In this document: piece by piece, positions 52,944-62,498 of the stretch | How the letters are laid out: each line of letters opens with the position of its first letter | How positions within the stretch are numbered: the stretch's first letter is position 1 | Assembly (NCBI GenBank): GCA_965233585.1 | Contig: CBDDTI010000745.1 | Location: 512,001-576,000 of the forward strand | Length of the DNA stretch: 64,000 nucleotides | Source: a bacterium | GTDB taxonomy: Bacteria; SAR324; NAC60-12 | Reading direction: 5' to 3' | Made by a program: the position numbers and the translations under genes | Notes under the pieces: model-generated | The model's database searches: none | Told to the model about the DNA's origin: nothing | Seen by the model: the letters and a program-made list of their open reading frames with translations, nothing else

Positions 52944-54551
52944 TCAGGTGTTATTTTTTACAACATCTAGTGCTGTTGTGAAACCATCGGGACGAACATT
53001 AAATTGAATGCCGTCACGGTGCGCCCATGTGGAATGGATGTAATACAAGGGAATGCCCGGCATTTCCTTCATAATGGCTTTCATAGCATTGCGTCCGTAT
53101 TCATCGGCTTTCGTCTCGTCTGTTTCAACAGCCCACTTTGTCATCCATTTGTCAACTTCGGCACTGCTAAAGTTTGTGTATTTATTGTGAGCACCTAAGT
53201 TGAGACTTTTGTTGGCTGTTGGGAAGTTATAGATTACCATTTGAGTGAATCCTTGGGGGTGCGCCCAGCCGTATAGCCAGACTCCCAGTTTTCCAGACTT
53301 ACGTGATTTAGAAAAAACGCTCCAAGGTTCTGGTTTGACATTCACTTGAATACCAACACGTGACCAGTACTGTCCAATAACCTGTGCCAAACGGGTAATA
53401 TTGGGGTAACGGTCGGAGGGTAGGTATAAATCAACACTAAATCCGTCAGCATAACCAGCCTCTGACAAAAGTCTTTTGGCTTCATCTGCATCGTACTTGA
53501 GGGCGGGTAGTCCCGTTTCTGCACCTTGCATATATTCGGGGGCAAATTGCTTGGCAGCAGTAGCATTACCACCCAACAGACGGTTGACAATAGCGTCACG
53601 GTCAATAGCAAGGGACATCGCCTTACGTACGCGAAGGTCTTGAGTAGGATTCTTACCATTGGGAGCAGAAATACCATTCGCACCATCAGCCATGTTCATC
53701 AGGATAAACATAGACCGCCATGACGGAGTGACTGCTACATTGAAACCTTTTCTGCTTTTGATAGTTTCCATATCTTCTAGCGATGGACTAACCACTAGGT
53801 CATAATCGCCAGATAACAAGCCAGCCACTCTTGCACCTGTGTTGGTGACAGCAGAAATTTCTACATTTTCCCAAGATGCTTTTCCGCCCCAGTAATTATC
53901 ATTGCGGACGAGCTTACTTGTACCGTTTTTGGTAAAGGATACTAATTTGAACGGACCTGTACCAATGCCAGCCGCCGTGTATCCAGATTCTACGTCTTTG
54001 GTAGATGGATAGCCGCCAATCCCACAGTCGCCCTTAGTGTCAAACTTAATGGTTTCAGGAACATCTGTACCTAAACTAGTACTAAACATGTACATGTATT
54101 TTAGTTTTTGGAAAAGTAGAGGGTAAGGTTCAACAGTCTCAAAGGCAACCTTGTACTGACCGACAGCTTCCACGTTTGTCACAGGGGACATGGAGCTGGT
54201 AATAACATTGTTTTTGCCGTTAACTTTGAACATCATACGGCAGGAACTGTAAACCACGTCACGTGCAGTAAAATCAGCTCCATTGTGGAATTTAACTCCT
54301 TTACGAAGGTCAACTTCTAAACGTGTAGGGGTGACCCATGTGAATTTTGTCCCCAATAGCAAGTCACCTTTACGGGAAACTAAACCCTCATATACATGAG
54401 AGTTCAGTGAGCCTGTTGGGGTTGACCCGCTACGATAGGGGTCTGCACTTACTGGAGCAGCATCATAGGCAATGCGCAAGGTATCCGCCTGTGCGACACC
54501 TGCGGCTAGGGCAACGGACGTTGCAGTGGTGAGTAGTAACGATTTCTTCAT
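52944..54551 (-). CDS. ABC transporter substrate-binding protein, family 5
   Basis: Signal peptide AQA, LRKGVKFHNG, GTGPFKL, DLRVRKAMSLAIDR. Confidence 0.94.
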   Translation of the reverse strand: MKKSLLLTTATSVALAAGVAQADTLRIAYDAAPVSADPYRSGSTPTGSLNSHVYEGLVSRKGDLLLGTKFTWVTPTRLEVDLRKGVKFHNGADFTARDVVYSSCRMMFKVNGKNNVITSSMSPVTNVEAVGQYKVAFETVEPYPLLFQKLKYMYMFSTSLGTDVPETIKFDTKGDCGIGGYPSTKDVESGYTAAGIGTGPFKLVSFTKNGTSKLVRNDNYWGGKASWENVEISAVTNTGARVAGLLSGDYDLVVSPSLEDMETIKSRKGFNVAVTPSWRSMFILMNMADGANGISAPNGKNPTQDLRVRKAMSLAIDRDAIVNRLLGGNATAAKQFAPEYMQGAETGLPALKYDADEAKRLLSEAGYADGFSVDLYLPSDRYPNITRLAQVIGQYWSRVGIQVNVKPEPWSVFSKSRKSGKLGVWLYGWAHPQGFTQMVIYNFPTANKSLNLGAHNKYTNFSSAEVDKWMTKWAVETDETKADEYGRNAMKAIMKEMPGIPLYYIHSTWAHRDGIQFNVRPDGFTTALDVVKNNT

Positions 54552-54583
54552 GTGTATTCTCCTTATATGTTAGGTTATTACTT

Positions 54584-55444
54584 TCAGTTTAAGTGGATTA
54601 AATAGGCATTATACTGTACTAAAACATCACAGCAATCGCTCTGTAATTTTTCAAAATTAGCATTGCGTTTGCGAGTGTCTTCGTCCATGTACAAATCCCG
54701 TCTAAATTCAATTTGTAGAGCGTGTTGATGACATTCAGGCCAGCCGTAACGTTGGGTGACTTCACCACCAGCAAATCGTTCGTTAACGCCCACATAGTAC
54801 CCTCGTTCTTCAAATGATTCTTTCAGGAATTGCATGACCCTGTCATCACAGGACGTACCGCCCCTTGTCCCAATGTCAATTTGGGGGCGTTCCTTGCCAT
54901 CAGTAACGTTGTGCTGCAACATGGAATGGCAATCCAACAGATAGACCACACCGTACTTTTGTCGCGTTTGTTCCACAATGCTGGTTAACGTCTGGTGATA
55001 AGGGATATAACAAGATGCAATGCGTCCGCGTATTTCAGCATTGGATAACTTACGGTTGTAGGTATCCACACCGTAAATATCTTTCCATATCATGGTGGAA
55101 TCGGTGGTGCGTGAAATTTCAACGCTCCATGTTTCGGGAGACTCCATCATTTCTGTTGCCAAATCGTATTGACGTCGGTTGACATCTAAATAGACACGGG
55201 GAAATTCTGCCTTGACTGTAGGGATATTTAAATCTGCAAATACTTTGAACAATTCATGCACATAGCGGTCAGCAGGGCGGTCGTATTGCTCATAAAGAAA
55301 TGTAGGATTAGGTTTGAAATCATCAGGATAAATCTCACCGCTGTGGGGAATTGACAGAACCAAAGGCGTGGCTAGGTCATCTGTGCAATAGGTCGTCACA
55401 GATGGGTATTGCTTGGTGTCTCGGGTTATGGTGTCCAAAATCAT
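54584..55444 (-). CDS. N-formylglutamate amidohydrolase family protein
   Basis: SIPHSG, PRVYLDVNR, PYHQ, LDCHSM, HALQIEFRR.LYMDE. Confidence 0.9.
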   Translation of the reverse strand: MILDTITRDTKQYPSVTTYCTDDLATPLVLSIPHSGEIYPDDFKPNPTFLYEQYDRPADRYVHELFKVFADLNIPTVKAEFPRVYLDVNRRQYDLATEMMESPETWSVEISRTTDSTMIWKDIYGVDTYNRKLSNAEIRGRIASCYIPYHQTLTSIVEQTRQKYGVVYLLDCHSMLQHNVTDGKERPQIDIGTRGGTSCDDRVMQFLKESFEERGYYVGVNERFAGGEVTQRYGWPECHQHALQIEFRRDLYMDEDTRKRNANFEKLQSDCCDVLVQYNAYLIHLN

Positions 55445-55488
55445 ATATCTAAAGCCACTATTTACTCTCTCAATTGTTTATCGGGGTT

Positions 55489-55517
55489 AATGTAGCACAG
55501 AAAAACACAAAATACAA
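55489..55517 (-). promoter_or_regulatory. Promoter for the amidohydrolase-ABC operon
   Basis: TTGTAT-N17-TACATT with extended -10 TG on the minus strand. Confidence 0.55.
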
Positions 55518-55565
55518 CCCCATCAAAAAAAATTTATTGCGGTGTTGTGGTTTTTTTGCAAGACC

Positions 55566-55594
55566 TTGACATTTCCTTCCTTATCTTATAGAAT
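55566..55594 (+). promoter_or_regulatory. Promoter for the glutamine amidotransferase gene
   Basis: TTGACA-N17-TAGAAT. Confidence 0.75.
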
Positions 55595-55625
55595 ACTGTG
55601 TCTCGTTAATTCTTGACTCTTTATA

Positions 55626-56375
55626 ATGACCTCAAAAAACAGGATTTTAGCCATGAAAATTTGTATTATTCATATCAACGCCTCCCCTAACCCCAGCCCT
55701 GACATTGAAACTCCTCCCCAGAGGTTTATGCGTCATATTACTCCCTACATGGCTTTGGACGTGGATTGGGGAGTTGTCCGTTTGATGGATGATGACTACC
55801 CTGCGGATATTCATGACTATGATGGCTATTTAATTACAGGGGGCGCTGCTCCTTTGGTTGATGAGCCTCATACTCCAAAGGTTGTTGCTTTATTGGATTT
55901 TATTCGTCAATTGAATGAGGCAAAAATCCCCCTAGTGGGTATTTGTTGGGGACATCAAGGTATTGCTATTGCGTTAGGAGGTAAGGTTGAGAAGTTTGAA
56001 AAATACGGCATGGGCATTCGGGGAACCCATGTTATTAAAAAATATGATTGGATGAAGCAAGCCCCTGATTTTGTCTATCTATATTCCATGCACACCTGTC
56101 AAGTGACTATTCCACCTAAAGATGCAGAATTGTTCCTAAGCAGTGATTTTTGTCATTATGCAGGGTTCACCTATGGCAATCATATTATGACCATACAACA
56201 GCACCCTGACTTCAACCTCAATGTAAGTCTGGCGATGATGGACAAAAGACGAGAAAGATTAACAGCTGAACAGCTAGCCATCGCCGAAAAATCACTCAGC
56301 CAGTCTCACCATACGGAAATTGCTTGTCAGTGGGTTGGACAATTCTTTATGCAGCACAAAAAAGTTGCGTCTTGA
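55626..56375 (+). CDS. Type 1 glutamine amidotransferase-like protein
   Basis: DGYLITGG, GICWGHQ nucleophile elbow, QQHPDF. Start may be 55653. Confidence 0.9.
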   Translation: MTSKNRILAMKICIIHINASPNPSPDIETPPQRFMRHITPYMALDVDWGVVRLMDDDYPADIHDYDGYLITGGAAPLVDEPHTPKVVALLDFIRQLNEAKIPLVGICWGHQGIAIALGGKVEKFEKYGMGIRGTHVIKKYDWMKQAPDFVYLYSMHTCQVTIPPKDAELFLSSDFCHYAGFTYGNHIMTIQQHPDFNLNVSLAMMDKRRERLTAEQLAIAEKSLSQSHHTEIACQWVGQFFMQHKKVAS

Positions 56376-56397
56376 CCTTCTAAGTCTCTGAAAAGCC

Positions 56398-56856
56398 CTA
56401 GCTCCAACGTTTAAACCAATCTTGAAGGCTTAGCTTAGCTTCTTGTTCACATACTCCTACTGTGACGTCAATTCCTGCATTTTTGAGTATTTTGACTCCG
56501 TTACCTTTGATTTTTGGGTGGGGGTCAAGTATGGCAATGACGATACGTTGGGGCTTGACCTGAATGATCGCTTGTGTGCAAGGTGGGGTTCTGCCAAAAA
56601 ACAACAAGGTTCTAGCGTGCAGTAAAAAACAGACCCTTGCAAGCAGTGATGATAAGAGTGTGCGTTTTCAATAGCATGCACCTCTGCATGAGCCTTACCG
56701 GGTGGCTGTGTTGCACCAGAAGCAATCAGAGTGTTGTCTTTGACAATGACACAACCCACATGAGGATTCTCTCCTGTTTGACCTTTGACGCTTTCACCCT
56801 GTTTCAAGGCTTGGTGCATCCATTGTTCATCGGTTTGCTTATCGGTTAGTCTCAAG
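56398..56856 (-). pseudogene. ribD: RibD-type deaminase domain, stand-alone, frameshifted in a T6 run
   Basis: NPHVGCVIV, HAE and TLEPCC in one frame; FFGRTPPC and DPHP..G.G in the other; break at the A6 run 56596..56601. Confidence 0.8.
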
Positions 56857-59166
56857 CAACTCATGGGGCAAGAGAGGTGAGACAGGCTCTTTGTCTGCCA
56901 CCAGCCAAAGCTGATGAGCCGCACGCGTGATGCCCACATGCAACAGGCGTCTTGCTGTCAAAGTATCGGGAAAGGTAGCAGCATCGCAGTTTGCTAAAAT
57001 GACATAATCAAACTCAAGCCCTTTGGTTTGGTGAATCTCTGAAATCTCTACACCTGCAGAAAATGAAAACTCTTGGTCTCTAATCCGTGAGATGTTGTTG
57101 ACTTCTGCATGAAGGAGTCCGTCATAAATGACGTCTGCTTGGTCAGAAAATCTTGTGAGAATGGCAAGGTTAGAATGGGGACGTTTCCTTAAAAATTGGG
57201 TCACGGCACGGGCGAGGAAGTCTATCATTTCTCCAGTAGAATGAAAAGACAAAAACTCCACAGGATCACCCCGCCTGACAGCCTTCCATTTTTGATTGAC
57301 AGAATGAGGTCCCAGCACTTTTTTAGAGACATTGATGATTTGCTCAGTAGAACGATACCCAATTTCTAATGCTTCCGTAGAGACATTGGTCATGCCTAAA
57401 AACTTATGCAATGTCTGACGCTCCTTGATAGAAGAGCCAAAAACAATTTGCTGGTCAAAATCCCCTGCCAACGTGATGCTTTGTTCTTTTTGAGAAATGA
57501 CAGAAAACAGCAATTTGAGTTCCAATGCACTGAAATCTTGTACTTCATCAACAGTCAAATGAGAAAAGACCATTGGCTTTTTGTTCTTGCCCAAGATTTT
57601 GCCTATGGTCATTTGGTAGAGGAGCAGTAGCAATGTGGCATCTTCTTCATCAAGTTCAGCAGGCTGGCTTATGATATTTTTTTTGATCTCTTCCTCCCAA
57701 GTGGAATCTTCAACTTCTTGAGTTTCTTGCCTCAGTTGATAGAGAGAGGTGTGTCTGCTCCATGTTTGTTCAATCTTGCTGTCTGAAAAATGGTCAGGTG
57801 CATGACGATTCAAAATCGCTTTTAAATTGTCTTGGTAAAGAAAGCAATCGTCCCATACCATGATGGCAAAAGCTCTTTTATCATCAAGAATGCCGGGGAA
57901 TTCATTTTCTACCAACGTTGGAATCCTTTGCCTCAACCAATCATTTTGGCAAGGTGCAACCCGATAAATTTTCTCTTGGTCAAGAGACCACATAGAAAAT
58001 TTGACAAGTCTTGTAGCAATGGGTTCTGTCTCTAACTTCTTCCAGACGTTCCATGCTCGCTTTTTGTCAGACTCTGCCAGACTTTCAAGCACTTTTTCAA
58101 GGCATGTTTCAAAGTGAGCAGTTTGTTTGACAATGGACTCTTCAAATGCTTTGACCCATAATTCATGCCGCTTGATCTCAACTGCAGCAAGAGGTGTATC
58201 TTCTGCAAATGTTTGTGGAATTTTAGGAAAGCATCGCAGAAGGATTTTTTGAATCCATTCTGTGTAAATCCAGATTTGGACATCTTGGACACCAATGTTG
58301 GGTAATAATCGCGCAATGTACCTTTGAATCGCTTTGTTGAAAACAAAGACAGCAATTTTTTTGGGCTGAAACCTCTCGGGGTTTTGGGCAATCAGGTAGG
58401 CGATTCGGTGCAATGCGATCGTTGTTTTTCCTGAACCTGCACCTCCTTGCAATTCTACAACGCCAGAACTTGGTCGTGTCATGGCGTCAAATTGTTTGGT
58501 GTCTATGAGTGCCGTAATTTCAGGCAGATACTTCTCAGTGCTAACTTTTTGTTCGTTAGGACGTGTGGTAAAGTTGAGTCCGTGATTTTTGACAGAGAGT
58601 CTCCAGACTCCATTTTCTTTGACGAGAGTGTGAGACTCCAGTTGAATAGACGCAAGTTCACCACCTTTGATACGCAACGTTCTTTTTAGGGTGAGCAAAC
58701 CCTCCATCACTCTGTCCCCAATTCGTTCACTAAATTCGTCATCTTCACAATAACGGTAAAAAAGCATGCTGATTGGTGCTTTTTTCCAATCCACAATCAC
58801 GCATGGCAAGTCAGGAGAAATCATAGATGCTGTGCCTATCAAAATCTCACGTTCTGTGCTGTTCTCTTCCTCAATTTTGATGTGTCCAAAGTAAGGAGAG
58901 TTTGGGTTAATCTTGTTGGCTTTTTGTTCTTCTTGTTTTTTTTGTAGTACCAAAAGACGTTCCATAGATGCTGTGAGCATAGGGGCGTCTTCTTCTTTGC
59001 TTTCAGCAATTAGTTGACGAAGTTCAAGAATGTCTTGGTAGTAGTCAGTTTGGTTAAGTAGTTCTGAGTTTTCTTTTGCTAAAACGGATTGGACTTTTTG
59101 AAGAAGTTCTACTTCTTCTTGAATGATGGTTTGGTCTGAACGAGAAAGAGAAGGGTCAAAGTTCAT
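56839..59166 (-). CDS. HelD/UvrD-like superfamily 1 helicase-type ATPase
   Basis: SPYFGHI, IVDWKKAPIS, GGAGSGKTTIALHRIAYL, VDEVQD, GDFDQ, YRST, KGLEFD, TRA. Confidence 0.88.
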   Translation of the reverse strand: MNFDPSLSRSDQTIIQEEVELLQKVQSVLAKENSELLNQTDYYQDILELRQLIAESKEEDAPMLTASMERLLVLQKKQEEQKANKINPNSPYFGHIKIEEENSTEREILIGTASMISPDLPCVIVDWKKAPISMLFYRYCEDDEFSERIGDRVMEGLLTLKRTLRIKGGELASIQLESHTLVKENGVWRLSVKNHGLNFTTRPNEQKVSTEKYLPEITALIDTKQFDAMTRPSSGVVELQGGAGSGKTTIALHRIAYLIAQNPERFQPKKIAVFVFNKAIQRYIARLLPNIGVQDVQIWIYTEWIQKILLRCFPKIPQTFAEDTPLAAVEIKRHELWVKAFEESIVKQTAHFETCLEKVLESLAESDKKRAWNVWKKLETEPIATRLVKFSMWSLDQEKIYRVAPCQNDWLRQRIPTLVENEFPGILDDKRAFAIMVWDDCFLYQDNLKAILNRHAPDHFSDSKIEQTWSRHTSLYQLRQETQEVEDSTWEEEIKKNIISQPAELDEEDATLLLLLYQMTIGKILGKNKKPMVFSHLTVDEVQDFSALELKLLFSVISQKEQSITLAGDFDQQIVFGSSIKERQTLHKFLGMTNVSTEALEIGYRSTEQIINVSKKVLGPHSVNQKWKAVRRGDPVEFLSFHSTGEMIDFLARAVTQFLRKRPHSNLAILTRFSDQADVIYDGLLHAEVNNISRIRDQEFSFSAGVEISEIHQTKGLEFDYVILANCDAATFPDTLTARRLLHVGITRAAHQLWLVADKEPVSPLLPHELLETNR

Positions 59167-59254
59167 AGTGTCAAGAGATCAACTGTTGTGGTGTTTGGTC
59201 TAGTCCTAAAAATAAAACAAGGTATCATAACACAAGAAGAAGGATTGATAAATC

Positions 59255-59884
59255 CTAAAAACTTGGATTTTGCAACCAATCTTGAAGATAGGTATTTTTG
59301 ACGGGGCATGGCTGATGGTTTTGAATGAGCAGTGCTTGGGATTCAAACACAGTGAAGATGGGATTGAGTCCGTGTTCTTTTAATGTGGAGCCTGTTTGGA
59401 CTAAGTCACAGATAGCATCTGCCAATCCTAATTCTGGGGCAATTTCAACAGAGCCATTGATGGTGATGATGGAACAAGGGATTTGGTGTTTGCATAAAAA
59501 TTGTTTTAAGCTGTGGGGGTATGAAGTGGCAATGCGTTCCCCCTCCAAGTCTTCAATGCTTTGGATTTGAGAGTGATGGGGTACTGCAATTTTTAAGGCA
59601 CATTTGGCAAATCCCAATTTAGCACAGATGTCTACGTTGATGTTTTTTTCAAACAGCTCATTTTGCCCTACGATTCCAAAGTGAGCTACACCATAGCGAA
59701 CATATTGCACAATGTCAGAATGCCTCACATGCAATAACTCTATATTGGGATTTTGGGTTTGCCGCAACAGCTTCCGATTTGATGGTTCTGATGGCACAAT
59801 CTGTTGTTTGGCAAGCCATGCGAGACTTTCTTCATTCAAACGACCGCTTTTTTGAATGGCAATGCAAATTTTATGAGGTCTCAT
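59255..59884 (-). CDS. hisG: ATP phosphoribosyltransferase, catalytic core only (209 aa)
   Basis: IAIQKSGRL, RIATSYP, GSVEIAPELGLADAICDLVQTGSTL. Confidence 0.93.
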   Translation of the reverse strand: MRPHKICIAIQKSGRLNEESLAWLAKQQIVPSEPSNRKLLRQTQNPNIELLHVRHSDIVQYVRYGVAHFGIVGQNELFEKNINVDICAKLGFAKCALKIAVPHHSQIQSIEDLEGERIATSYPHSLKQFLCKHQIPCSIITINGSVEIAPELGLADAICDLVQTGSTLKEHGLNPIFTVFESQALLIQNHQPCPVKNTYLQDWLQNPSF

Positions 59885-61028
59885 AAAACCCTAAAAAATA
59901 AGCACTGACTTGATGAATGAGCAACCTTTTTTGTTTGCCAGTAGAAACTCTGACCACACAAACCTCATTTTGAGATGAGTCTTGAAAGGCTAAAAATGGA
60001 ATTTGCTTGACCCTTGCGTACGACAGTTGTTCTTCAAGCGATTTGGAATCAAAAAATAACTCTGTTTGCACTTTTTCTTCTTGCAGTAAACGGTACAATT
60101 TTAACGACTCGGATTCTCCAGTGTTAGCATGCCATGTTACCAGCACCTGGGGTGCAAACTTGGAAAGGGGCATGTCTTGTTGCTCTAACAAATTCATGAT
60201 GGTATCAAGGTGAAACGTCATGCCAACGCCAGAATGCGATTGACTGCTAGCAGTCTGGCAAAGATGGTCATAACGACCTCCCTCACAAAGTGTGCTTTGA
60301 TTCTCCAAAACTTCAAAAATTAACCCTGAATAATAGTGCCAGCCACTTCTTGTGAGAGAAGGCACAAATTTTAGCCTTTCTTCAGAGACCCCTAGTATTT
60401 CACAAAAATTTAAGAGCTGTTCAACAGGCGTCGTGTCAAATGATTTTAATTTAGCCAGTGTCTCTTTGTTTGTTGACTCTGGCTTTAAAATCTCTTGAGG
60501 TGAGGCAAGATTTAATGATGTGTTGATTTGTTTGAGTAGTGGCAGAAAATTGAATCGGATTTGAAACTCTGAAACCCCCATTTGTTCTAAAGTGATTGTC
60601 AGTAGTTTTAAAACTTCAGATTCGCATAAAAGACTTGTGGATCCAATGACATCAACGTCGCAGTGGTGAAGTTCATTGATGAGGTCAGGGTTTCTGGGAT
60701 TCTGCCTCCAAATCCTTTGAATTTGGTATCTTCTAAAAGGGAAGGTCAGTTTTTCAGAATGCAATGCAACATAACGAGCCAGCGGCAAGGTGAGGTCGTA
60801 AGGCATGACAACTTGGCGGTTTGATGAATCTGTCAGAATGTAAGCAAATTCTTCATTACCACCTTGACCAAGTAGGGTTTCTGCAAGATAAAGCGTTGGG
60901 GTTTCCATAGGCAAATAACCTGCACCCTCAAAAATGGCTTTGGCTCTGTCCAGTGCAGCACTGCGAAGGCTCATCTGTTCAGGCAAGAGACCATCTTGCC
61001 CAAGCAGTTGTGAAACATGTGAGTCCAT
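59871..61028 (-). CDS. hisZ: HisZ-like / degenerate histidyl-tRNA synthetase paralog
   Basis: METP, YDLTLPLARY, RRYQI..IWR, YYSG, GGRYDHL; degenerate motif 2; overlaps the hisG start. Confidence 0.72.
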   Translation of the reverse strand: MDSHVSQLLGQDGLLPEQMSLRSAALDRAKAIFEGAGYLPMETPTLYLAETLLGQGGNEEFAYILTDSSNRQVVMPYDLTLPLARYVALHSEKLTFPFRRYQIQRIWRQNPRNPDLINELHHCDVDVIGSTSLLCESEVLKLLTITLEQMGVSEFQIRFNFLPLLKQINTSLNLASPQEILKPESTNKETLAKLKSFDTTPVEQLLNFCEILGVSEERLKFVPSLTRSGWHYYSGLIFEVLENQSTLCEGGRYDHLCQTASSQSHSGVGMTFHLDTIMNLLEQQDMPLSKFAPQVLVTWHANTGESESLKLYRLLQEEKVQTELFFDSKSLEEQLSYARVKQIPFLAFQDSSQNEVCVVRVSTGKQKRLLIHQVSAYFLGFYETS

Positions 61029-61047
61029 TGGTGATGGCTTCTGAATC

Positions 61048-62283
61048 TTAATGACTTTCAAAGACGAGCTTGCAATAACGTTTCTTACCTGCACGCAAAA
61101 GCAGTTCACCATCTGCCTTCAACTGTTGACCTACCCCTACATCTTCAGTTTGTTTGTTGCCATTGATGTATGCCCCTCCCTGTGCAATCAGACGCCTTGC
61201 CTCACTTTTGGACTGACAAAGTTTGCAAAAAACTAGAGCCTCTAACAAACTGAACTCCTGATAAATTTGCGAGCTATCAATCAAGACACTGGGAGTGTTT
61301 TCAGAGTCTCCTTGACCTGAAAACAAGGCTTGAGATGTCTTTTGTGCATCTTCAGCGGCTTGCTTGCCATGCACAATCGTTGTTACCTCAAAAGCCAATT
61401 TTGCTTTGGCTTGACGTAAATCTGCACCTTCTAGCTTGGCAAATTGATGGAGTTCTTCAAGCGGTAAAAAAGTGAAGATACCAAGCAGTTTTAAGACGTC
61501 GCTATCTTCCACATTGATCCAGTATTGATAAAACTCATAAGGAGTGGTTTTTGTAGAATCAAGCCAGATTGCACCTTGTTCAGTCTTGCCCATCTTGAGA
61601 CCTGAAGACAGAGTCAAAAGCGGGTAGGTCATACCGTAGACTTCTTGCTGTTCAATGCGTCTAATCAAATCCACGCCTGAAAGAATATTTGCCCACTGGT
61701 CATCTCCTCCAAGCTGTAGTTGACAATCGTGATGTCTGTAAAGCTCAAGGAAGTCATAAGCCTGCAACACTTGATAATTAAACTCAAGAAATGACAACCC
61801 ATGCTCCATGCGTGCTTTGTAAACCTCAAATGACAACATGCGGTTGACAGAAAAACGGCTGCCAAATTCACGCAAAAAATCAATATAATTAAGGTTTGTC
61901 AACCATTGGCGATTGTCCAAGATGACAGATTGCCCAAATTCAGATGGCACTTGAGACAAAATAGATTGAATTTGTGCAGAGATTTTTTGAGAGTTTTGGT
62001 CAATTTGTTCGGACGAAAGCATTTTTCGCATTTCTGTTTTACCTGAAGGGTCACCAATGAGAGCAGTGCCTCCACCAATCAATGCAATGACTTTCGCCCC
62101 ATGTTTTTTTAGTCTGGCAAGTCCCATGATTGGAATCAAATGTCCAACATGCAAAGAATCAGCAGTTGGGTCAAAACCTGTGTAGGCACAAAGCCCTTTT
62201 TTTTGAAGAAACTTTGCGAATGTGTCTTCTTGGGTCGCTTGCTGAAAAAGGGAGTGAGACTTGAGTTCGTCTAATAAATTCAT
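61048..62283 (-). CDS. tyrS: Tyrosine--tRNA ligase
   Basis: GFDPTADSLHVGH, LQAYDF, GGDDQW, KMGKT, S4 domain. Confidence 0.97.
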   Translation of the reverse strand: MNLLDELKSHSLFQQATQEDTFAKFLQKKGLCAYTGFDPTADSLHVGHLIPIMGLARLKKHGAKVIALIGGGTALIGDPSGKTEMRKMLSSEQIDQNSQKISAQIQSILSQVPSEFGQSVILDNRQWLTNLNYIDFLREFGSRFSVNRMLSFEVYKARMEHGLSFLEFNYQVLQAYDFLELYRHHDCQLQLGGDDQWANILSGVDLIRRIEQQEVYGMTYPLLTLSSGLKMGKTEQGAIWLDSTKTTPYEFYQYWINVEDSDVLKLLGIFTFLPLEELHQFAKLEGADLRQAKAKLAFEVTTIVHGKQAAEDAQKTSQALFSGQGDSENTPSVLIDSSQIYQEFSLLEALVFCKLCQSKSEARRLIAQGGAYINGNKQTEDVGVGQQLKADGELLLRAGKKRYCKLVFESH

Positions 62284-62436
62284 GAACGTGTACCAGATTT
62301 TGAAAAAAACGAATTACTCTATCATAAATCTTTCAAAATTCGCAATGGCTCAATTCTCTTTAGTTTGTCTTTTAACCTCTTATACAAGAGATTGCTGAGA
62401 TTGACATCACAAATTTTTAAAAAATTAATTTGATTA

Positions 62437-62463
62437 TTAGCACTCATTTTGATAGAGTGCTAA
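62437..62463 (+). promoter_or_regulatory. CIRCE element (HrcA operator)
   Basis: Exact TTAGCACTC-N9-GAGTGCTAA; TTGACA at 62401. Confidence 0.96.
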
Positions 62464-62498
62464 TAATATGGTTTTAAATAGCAACAAGGAGAAAAGTG

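Noticed and set aside
56398..59166. Helicase plus deaminase as an anti-phage defence system
   Set aside because: The deaminase has RibD-specific motifs (NP.VG, GRTPPC, DP.P) and there is no defence-island context.
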